Below are positions 9,754-19,439 of a stretch of DNA of 43,489 bases, piece by piece. Within the stretch, counting starts at the first letter, position 1. Each line of letters opens with the position of its first letter. The stretch lies in the IMG/VR virus record IMGVR_UViG_2529292723_000011, one strand, 5' to 3'. Below the pieces are notes generated by a model that was given only the letters and a program-made list of their open reading frames with translations, had not been told where the DNA came from and ran no database searches. The stretch is from a virus. Lineage: Duplodnaviria > Heunggongvirae > Uroviricota > Caudoviricetes. Position numbers and translations under genes: made by a program.

Positions 9754-10722
9754 TTATTCAATTAACGGTACTTGTTTGTTGCAGAATACTAATATTGCAT
9801 CTTGAGTAAGTTTTTTATGCATATGCTTTAGCGGCTCAATGTTAGTCTCGTAACCGAAAGTAGCGAAAAGAGTTGGTTCTATAATGAAATTTTCTTCATA
9901 AGCTTTTAGATCAAATGCTCTCTTTGCAATTAATCTAACTGCTTTCTTTCTAATGCGTGAATTATATCTATTCTCTATGCTAAGTTTAGCCATGTTTTCA
10001 TCGATGTTGTTTTTTTGTTTTTTTAGTATAATTTGAATGTGATCATCATCAATTTGGCCATCTCTATATATATAATCAATGTCATAATTAAAATCAAAAA
10101 GCTGAGTGTCATTTACACCTTCAAGAAAAGGATTTGAAAATGGGCTCATGATCGGATCGAGTGATTTTTTATAAGTACTATTGCATTTAGTGCAGCTAGG
10201 AATTAAGTTAAATAAACTAAAGGAGATCAACGGATATTTGTACTTAGGTATGAAATGATCAAATGCTGGCCTGTAGCTAGTACCTGTATGGTCTTCTACT
10301 TGTTCAATTTCTTCACTGTTGCAATATGGGCATATGCTAATGTCTAAAAAACTGTTCAATTGATACGCTGTTTCTCTATCAATAAGTGAGTATTTAAATA
10401 TTTCAGAAATATTTTTAACCCATGATGGAAATAACTTAATGGTATTTTCCTTTAAAGGACCACCATTCTTGATACTTATAAGATTAAGAATCTTATCTCT
10501 TAAACTAGATAATTTTTGTGGTGAGAAATGTGTATTTAATATATCCTCAAGTATTAGGCTTTGTGTAGTTTGAGAGAAAGATGTGATTATTTTGATGGCA
10601 TGTGCTAGTTCATTATAAACTATTTTTTTGTTTTCTTTTGTTTTTAAAGGTAATTGTAGGTTTGTTAATGGTTGTAAATTTAAGTGCCTTAAAAAATAAT
10701 CAGGAGAATAGTACTCACACAC
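9754..10722 (-). CDS. HNH (His-Me finger) motif protein, 322 aa; putative nuclease effector of a two-gene ATPase plus HNH module (Septu PtuB-like)
   Basis: Motif ICPYCNSEE...FDHFIPKYKYP...NLIPSCTKCNSTYK (CxxC, DH, N, CxxC); AT-rich; co-directional downstream of the ATPase. The only available start is GTG at 10720-10722 with a weak RBS. Confidence 0.7.
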   Translation of the reverse strand: MCEYYSPDYFLRHLNLQPLTNLQLPLKTKENKKIVYNELAHAIKIITSFSQTTQSLILEDILNTHFSPQKLSSLRDKILNLISIKNGGPLKENTIKLFPSWVKNISEIFKYSLIDRETAYQLNSFLDISICPYCNSEEIEQVEDHTGTSYRPAFDHFIPKYKYPLISFSLFNLIPSCTKCNSTYKKSLDPIMSPFSNPFLEGVNDTQLFDFNYDIDYIYRDGQIDDDHIQIILKKQKNNIDENMAKLSIENRYNSRIRKKAVRLIAKRAFDLKAYEENFIIEPTLFATFGYETNIEPLKHMHKKLTQDAILVFCNKQVPLIE

Positions 10723-10784
10723 AATTGGGTGTTTGTTGTATATTTTGATGATTATATTTTTTAATCGTTTGGGTTTTGAAAAAA

Positions 10785-10946
10785 CTAATTTTCTGATAGT
10801 TTTTTGTTGATTGTATTTAGAAACTCTACTTCATCGGGAGTAATGTTCAGTAACTTCCTCTGCTTCACGCGTTTATTAACTTTGCTTACTATTTTAGAAA
10901 AGGATATTTTTACATCAACATTGAAGTCTTTGTTTATTTTTATCAT
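10785..10946 (-). CDS. Small basic ORF (53 aa) between the ATPase and HNH genes; possible third component or a displaced N-terminus of the HNH protein
   Basis: Hand translation: ATG 10 nt after the ATPase stop gives MIKINKDFNVDVKISFSKIVSKVNKRVKQRKLLNITPDEVEFLNTINKKLSEN; below the ORF-track cutoff; different frame from the HNH ORF. Confidence 0.3.
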   Translation of the reverse strand: MIKINKDFNVDVKISFSKIVSKVNKRVKQRKLLNITPDEVEFLNTINKKLSEN

Positions 10947-10955
10947 TTTTTTTAC

Positions 10956-12743
10956 TCATTTCTCAAAAGAATCTGTTTTATCATTGTTTTTGTTTAACTT
11001 CAGATCAATAAGATTTATGAGAAGTTTATTTTTAATTTGTGATAGTATGGTTTTTTGATGTTTATTTAAATTACCGTCATCTGAGTTTTTTATTATTGAG
11101 TTTAGATAATTATGTGCGTGCTGTCCTATTGTAGCATCAATAAAAAAACCATTTATATATAATTCTGATATGGTTGCTCCGAAACCAAACTCTACTTTCT
11201 TAGTATAGGTTCCTTGATTATGATCTCTTTCAAGATATATTATATCTGATGGCAAAAAATCACTTGCGAGTATAGGGGAGTGAGTTGTAAATACTAATTG
11301 AATATTTTTACTTTGTTTATATCTTAATGTTAAATCTATAATTTCTGAAAAAATAACTCGTTGCCATTCAGGGTGTAGATATAAATCACACTCATCTAAT
11401 AATATTATAATATTTTTGCTGTTGCTATGTTCTATAGAATCATAAAGTTGATTGAAAAGGTTTAATTTTGCAAACTCTCCTGAACTAAGTGAATCCCAAC
11501 CATACTTAAATCGCGATGATACGCCATTTGGTAACCTATCAACTAATCTTATTAACTCCATAATCTGCTTTGGTTCTTCAACTGTGAAAGATAAACTATC
11601 AACTGGGTCTCTTGCTGTGTTTTCTAATATATCAGCTATATTACCTATAATGTCGGAGATATGTTCAGATAACATTTCTATTTTTGACTGAAATTTAACA
11701 TTAACGTTAAATTCATCTAAAGTCTCTAATATAGTTTTTGCTGGATCTTTTTCTTCAAGATACGCGCGACACAAGCAAAATAAATAAACAGTCTCACATA
11801 TGTCTTTAGGGATTTTTGATGTCTTGAGTAAATGCCATGTTATTGCAGGCAAAAGCATCAAGTAAATTATTTTGTGATATGAAAAGGTTGCGAGGAAATT
11901 TAATGATCTTTCTTTGTTAAAAATAATGCTAATAATAAAATCTTCATCGTAATCTATCCCATGATTGAGTATATCCACAAGTGAAATACCTAAAGAATCT
12001 AAATCACGTTCAATATATCTAGGGAGTTTATTGTTTTTAATTCTATCATTCAACGTATCAAAAAAGTATTCAATAGCTCCAAAAAGTCCTTTGTCACCAA
12101 TATCATTGTTTTTTATAATAGAATTTATTTTATATACTGGTGAGTTTTCTATTTCAAATTGAAATTTAGTATTAAGTCTTGATAAATTGTCTTTAGCCCA
12201 TGAACTGTGGTCTGAAAATGAAATTAATTGCTTGAGTAATTTCTTATTGCGTGTTTTACTGCCTTGCAAAAAATATGACAGTGATAAATCTTTAGAAATC
12301 GAATCGTTTTTTTTCTTTTTTTGTCCAACTAACATACTTTTGAGGTCGATTGTGTTATTTATCTTTATTAGATTGATTTTGTTTCTTCTAAAAAAATGTT
12401 CATTATTATCAATTAGTTCCGTTTGCATTTTGGATAATATTACAGGAGGTTTGCAATTGCTTGTGATAATTATAAGTTTATCATTTTCATTCCAGATGCT
12501 ATAACCGCTACCTTCAAAATCGTAAATAAAGCTACTAATGAAATCTAAAATTGATGACTTTCCAACACCATTTTTCCCTAAAATTAATGTACAGGGAATA
12601 TTGCTATAATAGTCACGACTTAAATCTTTCTTAGCAATTGTAAGGACGTTACCTTTATGGCTAAAGGTAAATTTACTTGAGGTGGGGAGGGACAGCTTAT
12701 TTAAACCTTTATAATTGTGGATATAAGTGTATATTAGTTCCAT
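10956..12743 (-). CDS. ABC/AAA_15-21-type ATPase, 595 aa; putative sensor/ATPase subunit (Septu PtuA-like)
   Basis: Walker A LILGKNGVGKSSILDF near the N-terminus; signature-like LSSGEF; Walker B IIILLDECDLYLHP; H-loop FTTHSP; very AT-rich; 520-bp AT-rich upstream leader (12744-13265). Confidence 0.8.
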   Translation of the reverse strand: MELIYTYIHNYKGLNKLSLPTSSKFTFSHKGNVLTIAKKDLSRDYYSNIPCTLILGKNGVGKSSILDFISSFIYDFEGSGYSIWNENDKLIIITSNCKPPVILSKMQTELIDNNEHFFRRNKINLIKINNTIDLKSMLVGQKKKKNDSISKDLSLSYFLQGSKTRNKKLLKQLISFSDHSSWAKDNLSRLNTKFQFEIENSPVYKINSIIKNNDIGDKGLFGAIEYFFDTLNDRIKNNKLPRYIERDLDSLGISLVDILNHGIDYDEDFIISIIFNKERSLNFLATFSYHKIIYLMLLPAITWHLLKTSKIPKDICETVYLFCLCRAYLEEKDPAKTILETLDEFNVNVKFQSKIEMLSEHISDIIGNIADILENTARDPVDSLSFTVEEPKQIMELIRLVDRLPNGVSSRFKYGWDSLSSGEFAKLNLFNQLYDSIEHSNSKNIIILLDECDLYLHPEWQRVIFSEIIDLTLRYKQSKNIQLVFTTHSPILASDFLPSDIIYLERDHNQGTYTKKVEFGFGATISELYINGFFIDATIGQHAHNYLNSIIKNSDDGNLNKHQKTILSQIKNKLLINLIDLKLNKNNDKTDSFEK

Positions 12744-13265
12744 TATATAACCAATCTCTTAAATATGAAAAAACATAATGGGGTGATAGGCGTATTTGAA
12801 AAATACACGCTACCGCCACCTAGCGTTAAGCTGGGAGTGTTATTTTTATATTTTACCCCAAGTATTTGTTTTATGCAATTGTATCATCACATCTTTTGAA
12901 AGTTTGCTTTCTAAATGTAATTGTAATTTTAAACGGGTTTAATTGTTTTAAAGTGTTTGGGTGATTTGTTTTTCGAGGTTGCCTTCATAAATTAAGAGAT
13001 AAAAACGTTGTAATGTATTTTTATATGAGTGAGCTAATAAATGAAATCTTGATTGAAAATTATAGGTTGGCGGTTACTTAAATTTGATTTTCCAAAATCA
13101 GATCGTCATAATTATCGCATCGGAGCCTGAACACCTCCGGTGACTTCTGCGCTAAACGGGGACGTTTATGCGCACATACAATCTAAACTCTCTTCTCCCT
13201 TCACAGATGCAGAAATGCACCTGCGATTCTTTGCATCCAACGTTTGACCTCTGCGGAGGTGAAGC

Positions 13266-13721
13266 GTGAACCTCCCACAAGACGGCATCAAATTACATCG
13301 CGGTAACTTCACCACTATCGGTCAGCAGATCCAGCCTTATCTGGAGGACGGAAAATGCTTTCGCATGGTGCTTAAACCGTGGCGCGAGAGACGCAGTCTT
13401 TCCCAGAATGCACTCAGCCACATGTGGTACAGCGAAATCAGCGAGTACCTCATCAGCAGGGGGAAAACGTTCGCTACTGCAGTATGGGTAAAAGATGCAC
13501 TCAAACACACATACCTCGGTTATGAAACCAAGGACTTGGTTGATGTCGTAACCGGCGAAATCACTACTATCCAGTCGTTACGCCATACCTCCGATCTTGA
13601 TACCGGAGAGATGTATGTCTTCCTGTGTAAGGTTGAAGCCTGGGCGATGAATATTGGCTGCCACCTGACTATTCCGCAGAGCTGCGAGTTCCAGCTGCTG
13701 CGCGACAAGCAGGAGGAGTAA
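13266..13721 (+). CDS. ybcN: YbcN-like nin-region protein (DLP12 ybcN homologue), 151 aa
   Basis: Position and size match DLP12 ybcN; motif [19 protein letters not shown]; followed by ninE, ybcO, rusA, ylcG, quuD in DLP12 order. Confidence 0.7.
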   Translation: MNLPQDGIKLHRGNFTTIGQQIQPYLEDGKCFRMVLKPWRERRSLSQNALSHMWYSEISEYLISRGKTFATAVWVKDALKHTYLGYETKDLVDVVTGEITTIQSLRHTSDLDTGEMYVFLCKVEAWAMNIGCHLTIPQSCEFQLLRDKQEE

Positions 13722-13891
13722 TGGCTACACCGCTTATTCGTGTCATGAACGGGCACATTTACAGAGTACCAAATCGTCGTAAGCGTAAACCTGAGCTGAA
13801 GCCTTCCGAAATACCAACACTGCTCGGATATACCGCCAGCTTGGTTGATAAAAAATGGTTGCGACTGGCAGCAAGGAGGAGTCATGGCTGA
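13721..13891 (+). CDS. ninE: NinE-like protein (56 aa), below the ORF-track cutoff
   Basis: Hand translation [56 protein letters not shown]; start overlaps the ybcN stop (TAATG). Confidence 0.7.
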   Translation: MATPLIRVMNGHIYRVPNRRKRKPELKPSEIPTLLGYTASLVDKKWLRLAARRSHG

Positions 13892-14174
13892 TTTGAGAAA
13901 AGCAGCGCGTGGTCGGGAATGCCAGGTAAGAATCCCTGGCGTATGTAATGGCAACCCTGAAACGTCTGTACTGGCACATATCCGGCTGGCTGGATTGTGC
14001 GGTACCGGTATCAAACCGCCAGACCTGATTGCCACCATTGCATGTTCTGCCTGCCACGACGAAATCGACCGCCGCACACATTTTGTCGATGCTGCATATG
14101 CAAAAGAATGCGCGCTGGAAGGTATGGCGAGAACACAGGTTATCTGGCTGAAAGAGGGGGTTATTAAGGCGTGA
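13884..14174 (+). CDS. ybcO: YbcO-like putative nuclease (DUF1364), 96 aa
   Basis: [34 protein letters not shown]...[11 protein letters not shown]; Cys/His-rich; DLP12 gene order. Confidence 0.7.
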   Translation: MADLRKAARGRECQVRIPGVCNGNPETSVLAHIRLAGLCGTGIKPPDLIATIACSACHDEIDRRTHFVDAAYAKECALEGMARTQVIWLKEGVIKA

Positions 14175-14533
14175 ATACCTACAGCATCACATTACCCTGG
14201 CCTCCGAGCAATAACCGCTACTACCGGCATAATCGCGGGCGCACGCACATCAGCGCAGAAGGGCAGGCATACCGCGATAACGTCGCCCGAATCATTAAAA
14301 ACGCAATGCTGGATATCGGCCTGGCTATGCCTGTGAAAATCCGCATTGAGTGCCACATGCCGGATCGCCGTCGCCGTGACCTGGATAATCTGCAAAAAGC
14401 CGCTTTTGACGCACTCACTAAAGCAGGTTTCTGGCTGGATGATGCTCAGGTCGTTGATTACCGCGTTGTGAAGATGCCTGTTACCAAAGGTGGGAGGCTG
14501 GAACTGACCATCACCGAACTGGGAGATGAATGA
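14171..14533 (+). CDS. rusA: RusA Holliday-junction resolvase, 120 aa
   Basis: [108 protein letters not shown]... is near-identical to E. coli RusA. Confidence 0.95.
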   Translation: MNTYSITLPWPPSNNRYYRHNRGRTHISAEGQAYRDNVARIIKNAMLDIGLAMPVKIRIECHMPDRRRRDLDNLQKAAFDALTKAGFWLDDAQVVDYRVVKMPVTKGGRLELTITELGDE

Positions 14534-14670
14534 TGTTTGAGTCTTATATGGCAGAGCGTCTTCGCCGCCGCTGGGTGCGCCTGCGCTTATATCGTTTCCC
14601 CGGTTCTGTTTTGACCGATTACCGAATACTGAAGAATTACGCCAAAACACTGACAGGAGCAGGAGTATGA
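14533..14670 (+). CDS. ylcG: YlcG-like small protein (45 aa), below the ORF-track cutoff
   Basis: Hand translation [45 protein letters not shown]; start overlaps the rusA stop (TGATG). Confidence 0.6.
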   Translation: MFESYMAERLRRRWVRLRLYRFPGSVLTDYRILKNYAKTLTGAGV

Positions 14671-14755
14671 AGTCAGAGATAACAATCAACTAATACTGTT
14701 TTGTTGATTTTTGCTTGTAATTGGCGTTCTGGTCTGATTTTTGTGGAGTAAGTTG

Positions 14756-15139
14756 ATGCGTGATATTCAGATGGTTCTTGAGCGTTGGGGAGCGTGGGCG
14801 GCTAATAATCATGAAGATGTGACCTGGTCGTCCATTGCCGCCGGTTTTAAGGGATTAATTACTTCAAAAGTAAAATCTCGCCCGCAATGTTGTGACGATG
14901 ACGCGATGATTATTTGCGGGTGCATGGCCCGTCTGAAAAAGAACAACAGCGATTTGCACGATTTATTAGTAGATTATTATGTAGTCGGTATGACATTCAT
15001 GTCACTGGCAGGTAAGCATTGCTGCTCTGATGGTTATATCGGGAAAAGGTTACAGAAGGCTGAGGGCATAATTGAAGGGATGTTAATGGCATTAGATATC
15101 CGGTTAGAGATGGATATCGTTGTTAATAACTCTAATTAA
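14756..15139 (+). CDS. quuD: Late-gene antiterminator Q (QuuD-like), 127 aa
   Basis: [78 protein letters not shown]... matches DLP12 QuuD. Confidence 0.85.
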   Translation: MRDIQMVLERWGAWAANNHEDVTWSSIAAGFKGLITSKVKSRPQCCDDDAMIICGCMARLKKNNSDLHDLLVDYYVVGMTFMSLAGKHCCSDGYIGKRLQKAEGIIEGMLMALDIRLEMDIVVNNSN

Positions 15140-15155
15140 TATGCCAATTGTTTAC

Positions 15156-15191
15156 TAAAAATTATTAAAAATGGGGCGTTGAGACGCCCCC
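15156..15191 (-). terminator. Putative rho-independent terminator downstream of nmpC
   Basis: Hairpin GGGGCG-n6-CGCCCC (15174-15191); on the minus strand it is followed by ATTTTTAATAATTTTT. Confidence 0.35.
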
Positions 15192-15286
15192 AAAAATAAA
15201 GGGTAATATATAACAGAAGGTTTATATAGTTAGAAGCAAGGTTGTGCTCCTAAAGGAAGTGGCTTGAGGGGGCCACTTATATGTTG

Positions 15287-15318
15287 GGGAGGCAAAGCCT
15301 CCCGCAACATATCTTTTT
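15287..15318 (+). terminator. Putative tR'-like terminator ending a short pR' leader (6S-like RNA) after Q
   Basis: Stem GGGAGGC-aaa-GCCTCCC followed within 10 nt by CTTTTTCG; position about 150 bp downstream of Q is consistent with the lambda pR'/qut/tR' arrangement. Confidence 0.3.
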
Positions 15319-15328
15319 CGTAATCAGA

Positions 15329-16426
15329 TTAGAACTGGTAAACCAGACCTACAGCAACGATGTCATCAGTGCTTACACCGAGTGCTTTAGTGAAGTCATT
15401 TTTGTCAAGCAGGTTGATTTTGTAATCAACGAAAGTTGACATATTTTTGTTGAAGTAATAGGTGGCACCTACATCAACATATTTGACTAAGTCCTGATCG
15501 CCCCATACTCCAAGATCCTTACCTTTAGATTGCAGGTAAGCAACGGACGGACGCAGACCGAAATCGAACTGATATTGTGCAACAGCTTCGAAGTTTTGAG
15601 CTTTATTAGCAACGAAGTGATCAGCAAATACAGTCATATTCTGGGTTTCAGAATAGGTAGTGGCCAGGTAAATGTTGTTAGCGTCATATTTCAGACCTGC
15701 GGCCCAAACTTCTGCATTTTTACCGGAAGCAAATACTTCAGGAAGAACTTTCCCTGCATTAACTTGAGTGTCGGTACGATCAGATTTCGCATAAGTTGCA
15801 CCGATACCGAATCCTTCGTATTCATAGGTAGCAGAGAAACCGAAGCCATCACCGTTACCTTCGGTGTAGTTATCGAAATCGCTACGATCGTTTTTGCCTT
15901 GGTACTGAGCAGCAAAGTTCAGACCATCAACCAGGCCAAAGAAGTCGTTGTTACGATAGGTTGCAACACCAGTGGTGCGACCAGTCATGAACACATCTGT
16001 TTGGGTCCAGGTATCGCCACCGAATTCTGGCAGAACGTCAGTCCACGCACCGATGTCGTATGCTACACCGTAGTTACGGCCGTAATCGATGGAGCCGTAG
16101 TCACCGAATTTCAGGCCAGCGAAGGCAAGACGGGTTTTATCTTTGGAGGAACCTTGAGATTCAGCGCGGTTGCCTTTGAATTCATATTCCCACTGACCGA
16201 AACCAGTCAGTTGATCGTTGATTTGGGTTTCACCTTTGAAGCCAAGACGGGCATAAGTAGTATCACCATCATCTGCATCATTAGAGGAGAAGTAGTGCTT
16301 AGCATTAACTTTCCCGTACAGATCCAGCTTGTTACTGTCTTTATTATAAATTTCAGCTGCCTGAGCAGACATCGCCATCAGTACTGATGCAGCTACAGCA
16401 GAAATTGCCACTGTTAATTTTTTCAT
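15329..16426 (-). CDS. nmpC: Prophage-encoded outer-membrane porin (NmpC/Lc/OmpD-like), intact; start taken at MKKLTVAIS
   Basis: Signal peptide [23 protein letters not shown], porin-typical C-terminal F (…VGLVYQF), general-porin motifs; same position as nmpC in DLP12. Confidence 0.9.
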   Translation of the reverse strand: MKKLTVAISAVAASVLMAMSAQAAEIYNKDSNKLDLYGKVNAKHYFSSNDADDGDTTYARLGFKGETQINDQLTGFGQWEYEFKGNRAESQGSSKDKTRLAFAGLKFGDYGSIDYGRNYGVAYDIGAWTDVLPEFGGDTWTQTDVFMTGRTTGVATYRNNDFFGLVDGLNFAAQYQGKNDRSDFDNYTEGNGDGFGFSATYEYEGFGIGATYAKSDRTDTQVNAGKVLPEVFASGKNAEVWAAGLKYDANNIYLATTYSETQNMTVFADHFVANKAQNFEAVAQYQFDFGLRPSVAYLQSKGKDLGVWGDQDLVKYVDVGATYYFNKNMSTFVDYKINLLDKNDFTKALGVSTDDIVAVGLVYQF

Positions 16427-16998
16427 CGTGAGCCCTTTTTTTGAACTATTATTAAAAAATGATGTCACTGCGCGATAAATATTCATCTAATCAATATGAT
16501 TATTTCAAGATGTAAGTTTTGGTTTCTCGTTTGATTTGTGAAGTAGATCTCTATTTTTATCTGAACTTTTTTCTATCGAATCCTATTCATGGCTCTTGGC
16601 TGAATAAAAATAAATCTATTAGCCAATTTATATTAACGGTTGTTATTTATAAGTGCTCTATGATTTGAAGGTTCAATTTAAATCGGCTAAAAATAACACT
16701 GGAAATTATTTGTTGGTTATTTGTTGAGATTTGCTTATGTATTTGTAGTGGTGTTTTCAATACTCGGTAGCATTCTCGCAAATATCATTTAGTGGTTTAC
16801 GTACGTAAAAAATTGGTTATGCTGTTAAGAGTGGTTACTTCGTCACACAGCTTAAACCCGCCGTCGAGCGGGTTTTTCCATTTTTTGAGTCTCGATATTA
16901 GCTGATAACCCAATACCTGAGTTATTCACTGACTCCGAGTCTGTTACGTTTCGTAGTATTCCCTCAATTTACACCCGCTTTGTCTGCGAGGTGGGGTT

Positions 16999-17214
16999 AT
17001 GAAATCCATGGATAAGTTAACAACGGGTGTCGCCTATGGCACCTCAGCAGGTAGTGCCGGTTACTGGTTTTTACAGCTGCTCGATAAAGTCACGCCCTCA
17101 CAGTGGGCAGCAATAGGTGTGCTGGGTAGCCTGGTATTTGGCCTGCTGACGTACCTGACAAACCTTTATTTCAAGATTAAAGAAGATAAGCGCAAGGCTG
17201 CGAGAGGTGAATAA
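16999..17214 (+). CDS. S: Class II pinholin (phage-21 S21-like) with dual start (MKSM...)
   Basis: [71 protein letters not shown] matches S21 as recalled. Confidence 0.85.
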
Positions 17215-17711
17215 TGCCTCCATCATTACGAAAAGCCGTTGCTGCTGCTATTGGTGGCGGAGCAATTGCTATAGCATCAGTGTTAATCACTGGCCCAAGT
17301 GGTAACGATGGTCTGGAAGGTGTCAGCTACATACCATACAAAGATATTGTTGGTGTATGGACTGTATGTCACGGGCATACAGGAAAAGACATCATGCTCG
17401 GTAAAACGTATACCAAAGCAGAATGCAAAGCACTCTTGAATAAAGACCTTGCCACTGTCGCCAGACAAATTAACCCGTACATCGAAGTCGATATACCGGA
17501 AACAACGCGCGGCGCTCTTTACTCATTCGTTTACAACGTGGGTGCTGGCAATTTCAGAACATCGACGCTTCTTCGCAAAATAAACCAGGGCGATATCAAA
17601 GGCGCATGTGATCAGCTACGTCGCTGGACATATGCTGGCGGTAAGCAATGGAAAGGTCTCATGACTCGTCGTGAGATTGAGCGTGAAATCTGTTTGTGGG
17701 GTCAGCAATGA
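17214..17711 (+). CDS. R: SAR endolysin (R21-like lysozyme with N-terminal signal-arrest-release domain)
   Basis: [27 protein letters not shown]... SAR helix followed by the lysozyme catalytic region [16 protein letters not shown]; start overlaps the holin stop (TAATG). Confidence 0.9.
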   Translation: MPPSLRKAVAAAIGGGAIAIASVLITGPSGNDGLEGVSYIPYKDIVGVWTVCHGHTGKDIMLGKTYTKAECKALLNKDLATVARQINPYIEVDIPETTRGALYSFVYNVGAGNFRTSTLLRKINQGDIKGACDQLRRWTYAGGKQWKGLMTRREIEREICLWGQQ

Positions 17712-18169
17712 ACAGAGTAACCGCGATTATCTCCGCTCTGGTTATCTGCATCATCGTCGGCCTGTCATGGGCTGTTAATCATTACCGTGATAACGCCATT
17801 ACCTACAAAGCCCAGCGCGACAAAAATGCCAGAGAACTGAAGCTGGCGAACGCGGCAATTACTGACATGCAGATGCGTCAGCGTGATGTTGCTGCGCTCG
17901 ATGCAAAATACACGAAGGAGTTAGCTGATGCGAAAGCTGAAAATGATGCTCTGCGTGATGATGTTGCCGCTGGTCGTCGTCGGTTGCACATCAAAGCAGT
18001 CTGTCAGTCAGTGCGTGAAGCCACCACCGCCTCCGGCGTGGATAATGCAGCCTCCCCCCGACTGGCAGACACCGCTGAACGGGATTATTTCACCCTCAGA
18101 GAGAGGCTGATCACTATGCAAAAACAACTGGAAGGAACCCAGAAGTATATTAATGAGCAGTGCAGATAG
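17708..18169 (+). CDS. Rz: Rz i-spanin
   Basis: N-terminal TM segment [20 protein letters not shown] then coiled-coil periplasmic domain; follows the endolysin. Confidence 0.8.
   Translation: MNRVTAIISALVICIIVGLSWAVNHYRDNAITYKAQRDKNARELKLANAAITDMQMRQRDVAALDAKYTKELADAKAENDALRDDVAAGRRRLHIKAVCQSVREATTASGVDNAASPRLADTAERDYFTLRERLITMQKQLEGTQKYINEQCR
17928..18110 (+). CDS. Rz1: Rz1 o-spanin lipoprotein, embedded in the +1 frame of Rz
   Basis: Lipobox LVVVGC, proline-rich mature part [18 protein letters not shown]; entirely inside Rz. Confidence 0.75.
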   Translation: MRKLKMMLCVMMLPLVVVGCTSKQSVSQCVKPPPPPAWIMQPPPDWQTPLNGIISPSERG

Positions 18170-18200
18170 AGCTGCCCATATCGATGGGCAACTCATGCAA

Positions 18201-18494
18201 TTATTGTGAGCAATACACACGCGCTTCCAGCGGAGTATAAATGCCTAAAGTAATAAAACCGAGCAATCCATTTACGAATGTTTGCTGGGTTTCTGTTTTA
18301 ACAACATTTTCTGCGCCGCCACAAATTTTGGCTGCATCAACAGTTTTCTCCTGTCCAATTCCCGAAACGAAGAAGTGATGGGTGATGGTTTCCTTTGGTG
18401 TTACTGCTGTCGGTTTGTTTCCAACAGTAAACGTCTGTTGAGCACATCCTGTAATAAGCATTGCCAGAGCGGCAGAAAACAACATTTTTTTCAT
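18201..18494 (-). CDS. bor: Bor lipoprotein (serum-resistance moron); start taken at MKKMLF
   Basis: MKKMLFSAALAMLITGCAQQTFTVGNKPTAVTPKETITHHFFVSGIGQEKTVDAAKICGGAENVVKTETQQTFVNGLLGFITLGIYTPLEARVYCSQ matches lambda/DLP12 Bor. Confidence 0.85.
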   Translation of the reverse strand: MKKMLFSAALAMLITGCAQQTFTVGNKPTAVTPKETITHHFFVSGIGQEKTVDAAKICGGAENVVKTETQQTFVNGLLGFITLGIYTPLEARVYCSQ

Positions 18495-18856
18495 CTTATT
18501 ATCCTGCATTGTTAAAAACGGCAGAATCCTATGTGACAACAATTAAACGATAGTTAAATGGATTGATGAAAATTAAAACTATATAGGTGTACGCTCAGAC
18601 TATTGGAGGAAGTTGGGGACACTCAGAATCCTGTGGAATGAAATAAACCGGTCTATCCGTCTATTACCCTTTTAGCTGCGCTGTATCGTCGCCGTATTCC
18701 CGCATTAACCATGACCGTAGCCCGACGGGGAATTCCTTCTGCGTGAGTGTGCGGGAATAATCAAAAACGATGCACACCGGGTTTTACTGTGCTGACAGAC
18801 GCAGGGTTACCCTCATAGTCGCTTTTCCGGTGCGATGGTGGAAGAAACCGGGATGT

Positions 18857-19051
18857 TCATCCATCATCACTCTGGATTGATGTATATGCTCTCTTTTCTG
18901 ACGTTAGTCTCCGACGGCAGGCTTCAATGACCCAGGCTGAGAAATTCCCAGACCCTTTTTGCTCAAGAGCGATGTTAATTTGTTCAATCATTTGGTTAGG
19001 AAAGCGGATGTTGCGGGTTGTTGTTCTGCGGGTTTTGTTCTTCGTTGACAT
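18857..19051 (-). CDS. ylcI: YlcI-like small protein (DUF3950; ribbon-helix-helix-like), 64 aa
   Basis: Size and position match DLP12 ylcI; RNIRFPNQMIEQINIALEQKG resembles Arc/CopG-type RHH motifs. Confidence 0.55.
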   Translation of the reverse strand: MSTKNKTRRTTTRNIRFPNQMIEQINIALEQKGSGNFSAWVIEACRRRLTSEKRAYTSIQSDDG

Positions 19052-19199
19052 GAGGTTGCCCCGTATTCAGTGTCGCTGATTTGTATTGTCTGAAGTTGTT
19101 TTTACGTTAAGTTGATGCAGATCAATTAATACGATACCTGCGTCATAATTGATTATTTGACGTGGTTTGATGGCGTAGATGCACGTTGTGACATGTAGA

Positions 19200-19430
19200 T
19201 GATAATTATTATCATTTTGCGGGTCCTTTCCGGCGATCCGACAGGTTACGGGGCGGCGACCTCGCGGGTTTTCGCTATTTATGAAAATTTTCCGGTTTAA
19301 GGTGTTTCCGTTCTTCTTCGTCGTAACTTAATGTTTTTATTTAAAATACCCCCTGAAAAGAAAGGAAACGACAGGTGCTGAAAACGGGCTTTTTGGCCTC
19401 TGTCGTTTCCTTTCTCTGTTTTTGTCCGTG
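19200..19430 (+). other. cos: cos site: cosQ / cosN (GGGCGGCGACCT at 19251-19262) / cosB
   Basis: ...GGGTCCTTTCCGGCGATCCGACAGGTTACG|GGGCGGCGACCTCGCGGGTTTTCGCTATTTATGAAAATTTTCCGG... matches the joined right and left ends of the lambda genome as recalled. Confidence 0.85.
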
Positions 19431-19439
19431 GAATGAACA

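Noticed and set aside
12744-13265. Retron-type ncRNA (msr-msd) in the AT-rich leader upstream of the ATPase
   Set aside because: No reverse transcriptase gene is present in or near the island, and I could not identify the characteristic long inverted repeats; treated as a promoter/leader region.
15530-16387. 285-aa plus-strand ORF overlapping nmpC
   Set aside because: Antisense to a well-supported porin gene with signal peptide and C-terminal Phe; no independent support.
16427-16998. tRNA genes between Q and the lysis cassette, as in some Stx phages
   Set aside because: The region is AT-rich with no cloverleaf-compatible GC-rich stems or conserved T-loop motif visible; interpreted as the nmpC promoter and spacer.
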